From positions 3,424,001 through 3,488,000 of the forward strand of contig JASGHJ010000002.1 of NCBI GenBank assembly GCA_047602405.1: a stretch of DNA of 64,000 nucleotides, written 5' to 3'. This DNA comes from Anaeromyxobacteraceae bacterium (GTDB lineage: Bacteria > Myxococcota > Myxococcia > Myxococcales > Anaeromyxobacteraceae). Both the position numbers and the translations under genes were made by a program. Below the pieces are notes generated by a model that was not told where the DNA came from, did not search any database, and saw only the letters and a list, made by a program, of their open reading frames with translations. Shown in pieces: positions 40,038-50,847 of the stretch; position 1 is the stretch's first letter; each line of letters starts with the position of its first letter.

Positions 40038-40251
40038 ACGCGGCCTCTGCCGCGAGCGCCGCCTCCCGCGCGACCTTCGCGCCGCGGGAGACGGCGTCGC
40101 CCACCTCGCCGGCCTTGCCGGCGAGGCGCCTGCGGGCCTCGGCCCCGGATCGCGGCGCGAGGAGGAGCGCCAGCGCGGCGCCGACCGCCGCGCCGCCCAG
40201 GAACGCGAGGAGCACGGTGACACCGCCGTACCCGCCTTCCCCTTCCTTCAC
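39976..40251 (-). CDS. YtxH domain protein
   Basis: FLGGAAVGAALALLLAPRSGAEARRRL. Confidence 0.8.
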   Translation of the reverse strand: MKEGEGGYGGVTVLLAFLGGAAVGAALALLLAPRSGAEARRRLAGKAGEVGDAVSRGAKVAREAALAAEAAFTSAMAEEEPQAATGRPVRR

Positions 40252-40601
40252 GGCGACACCTCCCCGGGCGCGGCGGGTCCGGCCGGCGCCTCCGGCTCCG
40301 CGGCCCCGTCGCCGCGCTGCTCCGCGAGCGCGCGCATCGCCGCCGAGAGCGCGGGCCCCACCGAGGCGGCGAGGGCCGTGGCGATCTTCACCGACCCCTC
40401 GACCTTGCCGGCGAGCGCGTCGACCCGGCCCGCCGCGGAGGTCGCCACCTCGAGCGCGCGATCCAGCCGCTGGCCCGTGCTCTCGAGGGTCCGCTCGAGC
40501 GTGTGGAGCGTGGATTGCAGCTGCAGCAGCACGGGCACGAACGCGCCCACGGCCACGGCCACCAGCACCAGGACGGCGGTCATCAGGCTCTCGGTCGACA
40601 C
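40248..40601 (-). CDS. DUF948-like small membrane protein
   Basis: TM segment plus coiled coil; its stop overlaps the start of the YtxH gene. Confidence 0.6.
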   Translation of the reverse strand: MSTESLMTAVLVLVAVAVGAFVPVLLQLQSTLHTLERTLESTGQRLDRALEVATSAAGRVDALAGKVEGSVKIATALAASVGPALSAAMRALAEQRGDGAAEPEAPAGPAAPGEVSP

Positions 40602-40619
40602 GGTTCCTCCCGGGCTCGG

Positions 40620-41096
40620 TCAGGCGACGCCGTGACGGTGCGCCGGAGGCAGGCCCAGCCGCTCCACCGTGGCCCGCTCGAAGTCCACCTCGATGAGCAC
40701 CGCGGGCCCGTCGCCGACGACCGCGCCGTCGTGGCCGGGCTCGATCGCCACCACCTGGGGCGCCACGAGGTCGACGCGGCAGCCGTCGGGGTAGTCGATG
40801 CGGATCGCGCCGCTGACGAGGAAGCCGACGTGGCCGTGCGTGCAGAGGTCCGTGCCGACCTTCGGCCGCATGTGCACCGACCAGCGGAAGCCCGGGGGGT
40901 AGACGATCCGCTTCACCCGGGCGTCCCAGGCCCGGCCGATCTCGATGCGGACGTCCCCCACGTCGCTGCGGGAGGCGCCGCGCACCGGCTCGAGCGGGGC
41001 AGCCCGGGCCCGGCGCGGCCTCTTGCCGGACGTCCGCCGCCGCGTCGTGGCCCGCTTCGCCTTCTTCACCTTCTTCTTCGAGGGAGCTCTGGCCAT
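40620..41096 (-). CDS. Cupin domain protein with basic N-terminal tail
   Basis: PPGFRWS, C.H.HVGF, IEPGHD. Confidence 0.75.
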   Translation of the reverse strand: MARAPSKKKVKKAKRATTRRRTSGKRPRRARAAPLEPVRGASRSDVGDVRIEIGRAWDARVKRIVYPPGFRWSVHMRPKVGTDLCTHGHVGFLVSGAIRIDYPDGCRVDLVAPQVVAIEPGHDGAVVGDGPAVLIEVDFERATVERLGLPPAHRHGVA

Positions 41097-41110
41097 CGTT
41101 CCTCCTCCGG

Positions 41111-41650
41111 TCAGCCACCCGCGCCGGGCGGCGGGGGCAGGGCGGCCATGCGGCGCATCATCTCCTTCGGCGAGACGTCCTCCTTGTGGGTCGCGAGCTG
41201 CCAGTCGTGGCCGAAGGGGTCGACGACGCGGCCGTACCGGTCTCCCCAGAACTGGTCCTCGAGCGGCATGGTGACCTTGGCGCCGGCGTCGACCGCCCGC
41301 CGGAATGCGGCGTCCACGTCCTTGACGTAGAGGAGCAGGCTCGCCGGGGAGCCGCCGAGGGCCTGCGGGCTCTTCGAGCCCATCTCCGGGAACTCGTCGG
41401 CGATCATGACGACCCGGTCGCCGATCCTGAACTCGGCGTGCATGATCCGACCGTCCGGCCCCTGCGCACGGCCGCCGAGCTCCTTCGCCCCGAACGCCTT
41501 CGCGTAGAAGGCGAGCGCGTCGGCGCAGCCGCGCACGGTGAGCGAAGGGACGAGCACGCCGTAGCGCTTCGGGATCGCCTCGACCTGCTTCTTGCGCGGA
41601 GCCGCCTTGCGCGCGCGGACCTTCGGCTTCGCCGGCCTCTTCTTCGCCAT
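41111..41650 (-). CDS. VOC family (PhnB-like) protein with basic N-terminal tail
   Basis: FYAKAFGA, MHAE, DEFP, DQFWGDRYG..VDPFGH.W. Confidence 0.9.
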   Translation of the reverse strand: MAKKRPAKPKVRARKAAPRKKQVEAIPKRYGVLVPSLTVRGCADALAFYAKAFGAKELGGRAQGPDGRIMHAEFRIGDRVVMIADEFPEMGSKSPQALGGSPASLLLYVKDVDAAFRRAVDAGAKVTMPLEDQFWGDRYGRVVDPFGHDWQLATHKEDVSPKEMMRRMAALPPPPGAGG

Positions 41651-41693
41651 GGGGTGCTCCCTCCGGAGGTGTACGGTCGGTGTTACCCCCTCC

Positions 41694-42317
41694 TCATCGC
41701 GGTGGCGACGGCCCGTTGGGGCCCCGGCCGCCGGACGCCCGGACCGCCCTCTTCCGGCCCCGGAGCGAGCCCAGGATCCGGTCGAGCCCGAACTCGAACG
41801 CCGCCTCGACGTCGCCGCCGAGGCGGAAGGCCCCCGAGGCCTCCATGCCGGCGAAGCCGTGGGTGAACGCCACGAGGAGCCGCGCCCCCTCGAGCACCTC
41901 CGCCCCGCCGCCCATCCACTCGCCGAGGAGCGCGAGCAGGCCCTGCATCGCCCCCGCGGGCGGACCGGCCGCGGGGGCCGCCGCCTCGGAGGTGGGCGCG
42001 AAGACGAGCGCGTAGAGGCGCGGCTCCCTCCGCGCGAACGCCCGCTGCGCGCGGGCCACCGCCCGCAGCCGCGCCTCCAGGCTCCCCTTCCCCGCCGCGG
42101 CGAGGAGGCGCTCCGCGAGCTCGCGGCCGACCGCGCCGGCCACGCCGCGCAGGATCGCCTCGCGGCCGCCGGAGAAGCGCTTGTAGAGCGACGGCGCCTT
42201 CACGCCGACGGCGGCGGCGAGCTCGCCGAGGGAGAAGGCCGCGGCGCCGTCGCGGGCGACGAGGCGGCGGGCCTCGGCGAGGATCTCGGCCTCCGACGTC
42301 TTCGGGACGGTGGGCAC
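41694..42317 (-). CDS. TetR-family transcriptional regulator
   Basis: SLGELAAAVGVKAPSLYKRF; C-terminal THGFAGME. Confidence 0.9.
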   Translation of the reverse strand: MPTVPKTSEAEILAEARRLVARDGAAAFSLGELAAAVGVKAPSLYKRFSGGREAILRGVAGAVGRELAERLLAAAGKGSLEARLRAVARAQRAFARREPRLYALVFAPTSEAAAPAAGPPAGAMQGLLALLGEWMGGGAEVLEGARLLVAFTHGFAGMEASGAFRLGGDVEAAFEFGLDRILGSLRGRKRAVRASGGRGPNGPSPPR

Positions 42318-42329
42318 GAGCGAGGCCCC

Positions 42330-43007
42330 TCAGGCGGCGGCGGACGCGGGCGGCGCGACGGCGGCGGGTGCGCGGTGCCGGTCGATCCACCACGCCCACG
42401 GCACGAACAGCCAGAGCGAGAGCCCCATCCAGGCGATGACCTCGGGGCCGGGTGGCGGCGGGCCGCCCACCGAGGACGCGAAGACCACGACCATGAAGGC
42501 GACCATCGCGAAGAGCGCGAAGGTGCCGGCCCGATCGGTGGCGCGCGTCGCCCGGAGGTACACCGCGACGCCGAGCGCGAGCGAGAGGAGCTCCGCCGCG
42601 ACGGTGACCGGCACCACGTTCCAGAGACCCAGCCCGAGCTTCGGCCCGCCCGGCCAGAGCGGCAGGTCCGGCCGGTGGAACGGGAGGTCCAGCAGCCAGT
42701 GCGCCGGCACGAGCGCGCCCGAGACGAGCGCGGTGCGGAGGTCCCTCCCCCACGCCCACACGCCGAGGCCGAACAGGGCGCCCACGAGCGTGATGGTGAG
42801 GAGGCTGTGCGACCAGGGATACGACTCGAAGTCGAGGTCGGACGCGGCCATGAGGCCAGGGACGATCGTCACCTTCTCGAGGCCGAGGAGGAGCAGCACC
42901 GGCCACAGGCAGTCGGCGAGGTTGCCGGCGAGGACGAGGGTGCCGAGGCCGGCCCGCGGGGCGGCGCGCTTCGAGGCGAGGGCGAGTCCGTAGTGGCCGA
43001 GGAACAC
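42330..43007 (-). CDS. Membrane-bound metal-dependent hydrolase-like protein
   Basis: MFLGH, ADCLWP, PWSHSL, HWLLD...H.PDLP. Confidence 0.75.
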   Translation of the reverse strand: MFLGHYGLALASKRAAPRAGLGTLVLAGNLADCLWPVLLLLGLEKVTIVPGLMAASDLDFESYPWSHSLLTITLVGALFGLGVWAWGRDLRTALVSGALVPAHWLLDLPFHRPDLPLWPGGPKLGLGLWNVVPVTVAAELLSLALGVAVYLRATRATDRAGTFALFAMVAFMVVVFASSVGGPPPPGPEVIAWMGLSLWLFVPWAWWIDRHRAPAAVAPPASAAA

Positions 43008-43032
43008 GGGGGGGCGGGCTCCAATCCCGCTG

Positions 43033-43049
43033 GGCTATCTATAGTAGCC
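43033..43049. promoter_or_regulatory. Candidate TetR operator
   Basis: GGCTA-TCTATAG-TAGCC palindrome in an AT-rich patch upstream of the hydrolase-tetR pair. Confidence 0.45.
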
Positions 43050-43129
43050 ATGATGGTTATCCTCAATATCCTTGACGGAGCACCCCACGGAGGACACGCT
43101 GCGCGTGAATCTGCGCCCCGGGAGTCCTC

Positions 43130-43732
43130 ATGACGCTGCTCCGCCTCGCCCTCGCCGCCTCCTTGCTCGCGGCCGCGGCCAGCGCCGCCGCCGAGCCCGG
43201 TGAGCTTCCCCCGCCCCGGCACCGGCTCGGGCTGGGAGTGTCCCTGAACACCGGCCTCGTGGGGTCGTACCTCTCCTCGCTCAACAGCGCCGTGCCTGCG
43301 TCCCAGGTCTACGTGCTCGTGCCCGTGGACGCGCGGTACCGGCTCGAGCCGACGGTCGGCTGGGCCTCGCTGGAGGACGAGGCTCAGGGAGAGCGGGGGT
43401 CCAGCCTCGTCCTCGGGCTGGGGATGCTCGGAGGCGGCGCCCTGAAGCCGGACCTGGAAGGTTACATGGGTGCGCGCGCAGCGGTGACCTGGACGAAGCT
43501 GCGGGCGACCGGCCTCGACTCCGAGATCTCGGCGATGAACGTGACCGTCGCGGGCGTCGGGGGTCTCGAATACCTCCTGGGCGCGGCGTTCACGCTCGGC
43601 CTCGAGGTGCAGGTGCAGTACTCCGCGCTCGGGAGCCGGCACGTGAACTCACCCGCTGGAGCCTCGTCGACGAAGGGCGGCCACTCCTCCTCGACCGAGG
43701 GGCTGTTCTTCCTCAGGGGGTACTTCCTGTAG
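43130..43732 (+). CDS. Small outer-membrane beta-barrel protein
   Basis: Signal peptide, amphipathic strands, C-terminal RGYFL. Confidence 0.7.
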   Translation: MTLLRLALAASLLAAAASAAAEPGELPPPRHRLGLGVSLNTGLVGSYLSSLNSAVPASQVYVLVPVDARYRLEPTVGWASLEDEAQGERGSSLVLGLGMLGGGALKPDLEGYMGARAAVTWTKLRATGLDSEISAMNVTVAGVGGLEYLLGAAFTLGLEVQVQYSALGSRHVNSPAGASSTKGGHSSSTEGLFFLRGYFL

Positions 43733-43747
43733 AGACCAGGCCCGCCG

Positions 43748-45587
43748 CTACATGTGCGGCGGCATCACCCAGACGAACTTCGCGAGCAGCGTGCCGTCGG
43801 CGAGCGGCGTGACGACGGCGTCGGCGGACTCGCCGGTGACGAGGTCGGCGAGGCCGATCGGCTTCATGCCCTGCATGATCACCGTGGCGGCGTCCACGGC
43901 GAGGGTCTTCCCACCCACCACCACCGTCTTGCCCGCGACGTCCGCCGTGCCGATCGGGCCGGTCACGTGGTCGACCGTGGGCGGCGGCGCGGCGGGCGCG
44001 ACCAGGATCGAGAGCGCCGTGAGCGTGCCGTCGGCGTTCTTCGTGGCCATCGCCGCGGCGGGCTCCCCGACCTTCAGGTCGGAGAGGCCGATCACGGCCG
44101 TGCCCCGGAGGAGCTTCGTCTCGGCGTTCACGAGCAGCGTCACGTCGATGGCGGCCGAGGTCGTCACCATGCCGATGGGCTCGACCGTGAGCGTGACGCT
44201 GTCGGCCCCGACCCCCTTCACGGTCCCGCGGAAGCCGAGGACGGCGGGCGGAGGCGCGGGCATGAGCTGGATCGCGACCGCCGTGAGCGTCGCGTCGGCG
44301 GCCCTCCGCGCGAGCGCGCCCGCGAACTCGCCCACCTTCACGTCGGCGAGGGCGATGACGGCCGTGCCGCGCATGATCTTCGTGTTCGCGTCGACGAGCA
44401 CCTCCACGAGCGCGGTGGGCGAGGTCGAGGCCCATGGGCCCGGCCTGGACCTCGAGCGTGAGGGAGTCGGAGCCGACCGCCTGGACCGCGCCGTGGAGCT
44501 CCACGAGGTCCGGCGAGGGCGGCCGGAGCGCGAGCACGTGCACCTCGGCGGCGAGGAGCGAGCCGTCGGGCTGCTTCGTCACCTCCGCGTCGGCGAACTG
44601 GCCGACCTGCACGTCGGCGAGCCCGGCCACGCCCGTCCACGCCGTGTGATCGTCCACGCCGACCTTCGTGTCGCCCACGGTGAAGGTCTTCCCGGCGGCG
44701 TCGACCGCCGACACCCTGCCCGCCACGTGGAAGTCGTCCGGCATCCCTTGGCCGCCGAGCACGCGCACGACGCCCGCCAGGATCACGCCCGCCGCGTCCG
44801 CCACGCCGCGGACGAGCACCCGGTCGCCGATCCGCAGGTCCGCGATCGCGATCGCCTGGTCCCGGCTCACGATGCGCGCCTTCGAGGCGTCGACCTTCTG
44901 GCCGTCCACCGTCAGGTTCGTGCCGTCGACCGCCTCGAGCGTCCCCACGAGGGCGAGGCCGCCCGGTGCGTCGCCCGGGCCCGGGTCGGGCCGGACCTCG
45001 ACCCGCTGCGCCGCGACCGTGCCGTCCGCCTGCAGCGTGCCCTCGACCTCGACGAGCTGACCGACCGCGAGGTCGCCGAACGCCGCCGCGTCCCGTCCGC
45101 TCCGGAGGACGGTCGCGTCGGTGATCGCGACGACGCGGCCCGCGACCGTGATGGTCTTGCCCGTCGCGTCGACGCTCTCGATGGGCCCGCTGAACTCGGT
45201 GCCGGTGCGCTCGCACCGCTCGGAGGCGGTCGAGCCGGTGAGCGCGACCGTCACCTGCCGGTACTCGCCCGCGAGGACGGTCGCGATGCCGAGCCGGGCC
45301 TGGACCCCGGCGCCCGAGAAGGTGAGCTCGCTCGCGCCCGCGGGCACGCCGTCGAGGGCGAAGGCGCCCGCGGCGTCGGTGGTGGTGGACGGTCCGCCGC
45401 CGACCTGGACCTTCAGCGCCTGGTTGCCCGCGCCGAGCACGGTGCCCTCGATCGCGCCGCCGCTCCGCTGCGGGGAGGTCCTCGCCGTGCCGCCGCCGCA
45501 GGCCGAGACCGCGAGCAGCGCCGCCGCGCCGATCGCCAGCAAGGGCCTCGTCGAGAGGCCGGAGAGGCTCCTGTCCGTCATGGCCAT
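43748..45587 (-). CDS. DUF5666-repeat lipoprotein (apparent frameshift at ~44431)
   Basis: Lipobox VSAC; repeated G.(I/V)..VD...T...DL.VG..V.V.G...DG.L.A modules continue across two frames. Confidence 0.8.
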
Positions 45588-45716
45588 ACCCTCCGTCGTG
45601 GGTGCTCCGAGCCTAACAACACGGCCGGCGGGTGGCGCAATCCGAACCCCGAGAGGTCATGCACCGTCCGGTACGATCGGCGCGAGGCCTACATGCAACT
45701 CGCAACGCCGGGCGGG

Positions 45717-46874
45717 CTACGCGAGCTGCGTCCTGAACCGCACCGCCGCGAGCCCCATGAGGCCGAGCCCCAGGACCGCGAGCGCGGCCAGCTGGAACCA
45801 GAGATCCGCGAGGCCGGCCCCGCGCAGGAGCACCCCGCGCATGACCTCGGCGAAGTGCCGGAGCGGGTTGAGGTACGTGACCGCCTGCAGCCAGCCCGGC
45901 ATCGCGCGGATGGGCGTCATCACGCCGGACAGCAGGATGGCGGGCATCATGAAGAGGAAGCCGCCGAGGAACGCCTGCTGCTGGGTCTGCGAGACGGTGG
46001 AGATGAACAGCCCCATGCCGAGCGTGGAGAAGAGGTAGAGCGCCACGCCCACCAGGCCGACGAGGAGGCTCCCGCGCAGCGGCACCTCGAAGACCCAGGT
46101 GCCGGCGGCGATGAGGAGCGCCATGTCGATGAGGCCGAACATGAGGAACGGGAGGAGCTTCCCGAGGAGCAGCCACAGCGGCTGGATCGGGGTCACGAGC
46201 ACCTGCTCCATCGTGCCGTTCTCGCGCTCGCGGCTGAGGCCCATCGCGGTGACGAGGGTGGTCACGATGACGAGGAGCATCGCGGCGATGCCGGGGACGA
46301 GGTACGGCGCCGTCTTGAGCCGCGGGTTGTACGCGACGCGCGGGACGAGCTCGATCTGCGCGGGCTCCGGCCGGCCGGCGGCGCGCAGCCGCTCGCGCAT
46401 GAGCGCCTCGGCGCGCTCCCCGAAGTAGCGCGAGGCGGCGGCGCCGGCGGTGGAGGCGCGGTTGGGATCGGTGCCGTCGAGGAGCACCTGCACCTCGGCG
46501 GGCCGGTGCGCGGCGAGGTCGGCCCCGAGGCCGGAGGGGAGCACGAGCGCCGCGGCGGCCCGGCCGTCGTCGACGAGGCGCACGGCCTCCCCGGCGGAGC
46601 CCGCCTCGGCGCGCGCGCGCAGCGTGCCGTCGGCGAGGAGCCGGCGCGCGTGCTCGCGGCTCTCGGCGCTCCGGTCGAGGTCGACGAGCACCGTCGGCAC
46701 GTCGTCGACGTCGAAGTTGACGGCGAAGCCGAAGATCATCGTCTGCACGAGCGGCGCGGCGATGACCATGAACATCACGCGGCGGTCGCGGACGGTCTGG
46801 CGCATCTCCTTGCGGAAGACCGCGGCGACCTGCAGCCGCGGCGACGGCCCGCTGCGCTCCGGGGTGGGGGTCAC
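45717..46874 (-). CDS. ABC transporter permease (YbhR-like)
   Basis: KEMRQ..RD, DGTDPN, RERENGTMEQVLVTP, NPLRHF. Confidence 0.9.
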   Translation of the reverse strand: MTPTPERSGPSPRLQVAAVFRKEMRQTVRDRRVMFMVIAAPLVQTMIFGFAVNFDVDDVPTVLVDLDRSAESREHARRLLADGTLRARAEAGSAGEAVRLVDDGRAAAALVLPSGLGADLAAHRPAEVQVLLDGTDPNRASTAGAAASRYFGERAEALMRERLRAAGRPEPAQIELVPRVAYNPRLKTAPYLVPGIAAMLLVIVTTLVTAMGLSRERENGTMEQVLVTPIQPLWLLLGKLLPFLMFGLIDMALLIAAGTWVFEVPLRGSLLVGLVGVALYLFSTLGMGLFISTVSQTQQQAFLGGFLFMMPAILLSGVMTPIRAMPGWLQAVTYLNPLRHFAEVMRGVLLRGAGLADLWFQLAALAVLGLGLMGLAAVRFRTQLA

Positions 46875-48025
46875 GCGAGCCTCCGCTGGAAGCGGGCCGT
46901 GGCGATCGCGAGGATCACGACGGTGAAGAGGGTCATGGCGAGGAGGTCGGGCCACACGACGCCGAGCCCGTTCCCCTTGAGGAGCACGCCGCGGAGCCCG
47001 TGGACGAGGTACCGCGCCGGGATGATCCGGGAGAGGAGCTGCAGCGGCACCGGCATGCTCTCGATGGGGAAGATCATCCCGGAGAGGATCACCGAGGGGA
47101 GCATCGCCGAGAGCGCGCCGCCCTGGGTCGCCACGAGCTGGTTCTTCGTCACGACCGAGATGAGGAGCCCCTGCCCGAGCATGCCGGCGAGGAACACGAA
47201 GCCGAGCAGGAACACCACGAGGGTGGGCCCGCGCGCCGGGACCTCGAAGACGAACATGCCGACCGCGATCACGAGGAGGAGCGCGAGGAGGCCCAGCACG
47301 AGGTACGGCAGGAGCTTCCCCAGGATGATCTCGAAGCGCCCGACCGGCGTCGCGAAGAGCTGCTCCATCGAGCCGCGCTCCCACTCGCCGGCGATGGCGA
47401 GCGCCGTGAGCATGACGGCGGTGATGGCGAGGAGGAGCGCGGTGAGCCCCGGCACCATGAACACCGCCGAGCGGCCCTCCGGGTTGTAGAGCGTCCAGAC
47501 CTTCACCTGGAGCGGCGGCTCGAGGCGGGTGGCCTCCACGCCGGCGAGGCCGCGGGTCACCCCGCGGACGATGCCGTCGGCCTTCGCGAGGACCTGGTTC
47601 GCGACCACGGGGTCGGAGCCGTCGACGAGGAGCTGGACCTTCGTGCGCTTCCCGCCCGCGAGGTCGGCCGCGTAGCCGCGGGGGATCTCGAAGGCGGCGA
47701 CGGCGGCGCCCTTCCGGAAGAGCGGCTCGGCGTCGCCGGGCGCGACCTGGCCCACCACGGCGAGCTCGCCCGCGGCGCCGAGCGAGCGGGTGAGCGCGCG
47801 CGAGGCCTCCGAGGCGTCGCGATCGGCGACGACCACCGGAAGGTGGTCGAGGTCGGTGGAGACCCCGTAGCCGAACAGGAACAGGAGCGCGACCGGCATC
47901 ACGAGCGCGAGCACGAGCGTGCGCGGATCGCGGCGGACGTGGATGGTCTCCTTCGCGGCCATGGCGCCGATGCGGACGAGGGAGCGGCGGAGGCGCTCGG
48001 CCTGGCTGAGGGTCCCGTCGCTCAT
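46871..48025 (-). CDS. ABC transporter permease (YbhS-like)
   Basis: KETIHVRRDPR, VDGSD, EWERGSMEQLFATP. Confidence 0.9.
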   Translation of the reverse strand: MSDGTLSQAERLRRSLVRIGAMAAKETIHVRRDPRTLVLALVMPVALLFLFGYGVSTDLDHLPVVVADRDASEASRALTRSLGAAGELAVVGQVAPGDAEPLFRKGAAVAAFEIPRGYAADLAGGKRTKVQLLVDGSDPVVANQVLAKADGIVRGVTRGLAGVEATRLEPPLQVKVWTLYNPEGRSAVFMVPGLTALLLAITAVMLTALAIAGEWERGSMEQLFATPVGRFEIILGKLLPYLVLGLLALLLVIAVGMFVFEVPARGPTLVVFLLGFVFLAGMLGQGLLISVVTKNQLVATQGGALSAMLPSVILSGMIFPIESMPVPLQLLSRIIPARYLVHGLRGVLLKGNGLGVVWPDLLAMTLFTVVILAIATARFQRRLA

Positions 48026-48966
48026 GCGGCACCCTTCTTGACGCCCGCGCCGACCACCGCGAGGAAGACGTCCTCGAGCGAGGCCTGCACCTCCTCGGCC
48101 TGCACCTCGCGCGCGCCCGCCCGGGCGAGCGCCGCCGCGACCGCGCCGGCGTCGAGCGCGGCGGGATCGACCCGCACGTGCACCGCGGCGCCGAACGGCT
48201 CGGCCGACCGCACGCCGGGGAGCGCGCGCAGGGCCGGCAGCGCCCCGCCGAGCCCGGCCCCGCGCGCGAGAACGACGCGCTCGGGCACCCAGGTGCGCTT
48301 CAGGCCCGAGGGCGTGTCGAGCGCGACGAGCTTGCCGTCGACCATGAGGCCGATGCGCCGGCAGTACTCGGCCTCGTCGAGGTAGTGCGTGGTGACGAAC
48401 ACGGTCGTGCCGCCCGCGGCGAGCTCGCGGATGAGGTCCCAGAACGCGCGCCGCGCGACCGGATCCACGCCCGCGGTGGGCTCGTCGAGGAAGACGACCT
48501 TCGGCCGGTGGAGGAGCGCGCTCGCGAGCGCGAGCCGCTGGCGCAGGCCACCCGGGAGGTCGCCGGTGGTCTGCTCCTCGTGGCCGGTGAGCCCGACCCG
48601 CTCGAGGAGCTCGGCCGCGCGCCGGCGGAGGGCGGTGCCCTCGAGGCCGTAGGCGGAGCCGAAGAAGACGAGGTTCTCCATGACCGGGAGGTCGAGGTAG
48701 AGGGAGAACTTCTGGCTCATGTAGCCGATGGAGCGCTTCACGGAGGCCGGGTCCTTCCCGACGTCGTGGCCCGCGACCGTGCCCACCCCGCCCGTCGGCG
48801 CCAGCAGCCCGATGAGCATGCGGATGGTGGTCGACTTCCCGGCGCCGTTCGCGCCGAGGTAGCCGAAGATCTCGCCCTCCTCGACCTCGAAGCTCACGCG
48901 GTCGACGGCGGTGAACGCGCCGAAGCGGCGGGTGAGGTCCCGGGCGGTGACGGTGGGCGCGCTCAC
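48022..48966 (-). CDS. ABC transporter ATP-binding protein
   Basis: GANGAGKST, GYMSQKFSLY, LDEPTAGVDP. Confidence 0.9.
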   Translation of the reverse strand: MSAPTVTARDLTRRFGAFTAVDRVSFEVEEGEIFGYLGANGAGKSTTIRMLIGLLAPTGGVGTVAGHDVGKDPASVKRSIGYMSQKFSLYLDLPVMENLVFFGSAYGLEGTALRRRAAELLERVGLTGHEEQTTGDLPGGLRQRLALASALLHRPKVVFLDEPTAGVDPVARRAFWDLIRELAAGGTTVFVTTHYLDEAEYCRRIGLMVDGKLVALDTPSGLKRTWVPERVVLARGAGLGGALPALRALPGVRSAEPFGAAVHVRVDPAALDAGAVAAALARAGAREVQAEEVQASLEDVFLAVVGAGVKKGAA

Positions 48967-49742
48967 GGCTGCGCCTCCGGAACGGCGGGTGCCTCCGGAG
49001 CGGTGGAGGCCTCCTGGATGGCCGAGACGAAGAGCTCCTCGAAGGTGGGCTTCCGGCTCCTGGCGAGGAGCTCCTGCGGCCGCCCCTCGAGGAGGAGCCG
49101 CCCCTCGTGCACGAGCCCCACCCGCGAGCAGCGCTCCGCCTCGTCCATGTACGGGGTGGAGACGACGACGGCCATGCCCGCCTCCACGAACCCGTGGAGG
49201 AGCTCCCAGAGCTCGCGGCGCGAGACCGGGTCGACGCCGTTCGTCGGCTCGTCCAGCAGGAGGAGCTCCGGCTCGTGCAGCAACGCGCACGCGAGCGCGA
49301 GCTTCTTGTACATGCCGCCGGAGAGCTGGTCGGCGCGCCGGTCGCCGAACCGGGCGAGCCGCGTGATGTCGAGGAGCCGCGCCCGGCGCTCCTCGAAGAG
49401 CTTGCGGGGCAGCACGGCGAGGCGGCCGAAGAACTTCAGGTTCTCGTCGATGGTGAGGTCGCGGTAGAGGCTGTACTGCTGTGGCATGAGGCCAATCCGC
49501 TCGCGCACGCGCGGGCTCGTGGGCGGCAGGCCCAGCACCCGCGCCTCGCCGGCGTCGAGGTCGATGAGCCCGGTGAGCGCGCGCATCGCGGTGGTCTTCC
49601 CCGCCCCGTCTGCGCCGACGAGCCCGTAGAGCTCGCCGCGCTCGACGCGGAAGGAGAGCCCACGGAGCGCCCGGGTCTCCCCGAAGCGCCGCTCGAGCCC
49701 GACGGCCTCGAGGGCCGGGCCGGTGGCGACGCCCTCGGTCAC
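48963..49742 (-). CDS. ABC transporter ATP-binding protein
   Basis: GADGAGKTT, LSGGMYKK, LDEPTNGVDP. Confidence 0.9.
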   Translation of the reverse strand: MTEGVATGPALEAVGLERRFGETRALRGLSFRVERGELYGLVGADGAGKTTAMRALTGLIDLDAGEARVLGLPPTSPRVRERIGLMPQQYSLYRDLTIDENLKFFGRLAVLPRKLFEERRARLLDITRLARFGDRRADQLSGGMYKKLALACALLHEPELLLLDEPTNGVDPVSRRELWELLHGFVEAGMAVVVSTPYMDEAERCSRVGLVHEGRLLLEGRPQELLARSRKPTFEELFVSAIQEASTAPEAPAVPEAQP

Positions 49743-50797
49743 TTGGCCGCCTCGGCGGAGCGGGCGCCCCGGGCGATCGTGACCTGCACCGGCATGCCGT
49801 CCCGCAGCTTCCCGTCCCGGTTCTGGACGGTGACCTCGACCGGGTAGACGAGGCGATCGCGGTCGGTGCGGGTCTGGATGTTGCGCGGCGTGAACTCGGC
49901 CTCGAGCGCGACGGTGCGCACGACGCCCTCGAACGCCTCGTCCGGCCAGGCGTCGGCGACGACGGTCGCCTTCCCGCCCGGCCTCACCGCGCCCACCTCG
50001 GCGTTCGGCAGGTAGAAGGTGGCCTTGAGGTCGGAGAGGTCGACGAGCCGCGCGAGCGTCGTGCCGGGCGTCACGAGCTCGCCCGCCTCGTGCGGGAGCT
50101 TCGCGACCTCGGCGTCGCGCGGCGCCCGGAGCTCGCACTCGCCGACGAGGAGCTTCACGCGGGCGACCTGCGCCTCGCCGGCCCGGACCTGCGCGAGCGC
50201 GGCCTCGGCCTGCGCGGTCGAGGCGTGGAGCCCGGCCTCGGCGGCGCGCGACTGCTCGGCGCTCGCGGCGGCCTGGGCGCGCGCGGCCGCGGCCTGCCGG
50301 GAGAGCCCGGTGGCCGAGGCCTCGGTCTGGTCGAGGCTCGACGCAGCGACGTCGGCGGTGATGGACGCGAGCCGCTTCGCCTGGCGCTCGGCGGCGGCGG
50401 CCTGCGCCTCGAGCGCCTCCGCCTGCGCCTTCGCGGCGTCCTGCCCGGCGGAGGCGGCGACGCGGCTGCGCTCGGAGGCGCGCGCGGAGGCGCCGGCGGC
50501 GTCGGCCTGGGCGCGCGCGGCGGCGAGGCGCGCCTCGGCCTCGGCGAGCTGGGCGGCGGGATCGGCGCAGTCGAGCCGGACGAGGAGGTCGCCCTTCTTC
50601 ACCGCCTGGCCCTCCCGCACCTTCACCTCCTCGATCCGCGCGCCGACGCGGCTCGAGAGGTCGACGGTCACGCCCTCGAGGACACCCGAGCCGCCGGAGG
50701 GCGAGGAGAGCGCCCGCGCCTGGATCCACAGGCGGACGGAGATGAGCCCTGCGAGGACGACGACGAGGACGGCGAGGATGACGACGACACGGCGCAT
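49739..50797 (-). CDS. HlyD/YbhG-like membrane fusion protein
   Basis: N-terminal TM, lipoyl motif, coiled coil, AEFTPRNIQT..DR..LVY. Confidence 0.9.
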   Translation of the reverse strand: MRRVVVILAVLVVVLAGLISVRLWIQARALSSPSGGSGVLEGVTVDLSSRVGARIEEVKVREGQAVKKGDLLVRLDCADPAAQLAEAEARLAAARAQADAAGASARASERSRVAASAGQDAAKAQAEALEAQAAAAERQAKRLASITADVAASSLDQTEASATGLSRQAAAARAQAAASAEQSRAAEAGLHASTAQAEAALAQVRAGEAQVARVKLLVGECELRAPRDAEVAKLPHEAGELVTPGTTLARLVDLSDLKATFYLPNAEVGAVRPGGKATVVADAWPDEAFEGVVRTVALEAEFTPRNIQTRTDRDRLVYPVEVTVQNRDGKLRDGMPVQVTIARGARSAEAAK

Positions 50798-50833
50798 GCG
50801 AGGCCTCCGGTGGCTTGGCGCCCCTCCACCTTC

Positions 50834-50847
50834 GCAAGCCGCGTGCC
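50834..50847 (-). promoter_or_regulatory. Sigma54 (-24/-12) promoter for the hlyD-ABC operon
   Basis: Minus strand GGCACGCGGCTTGC = GG-N10-GC. Confidence 0.7.
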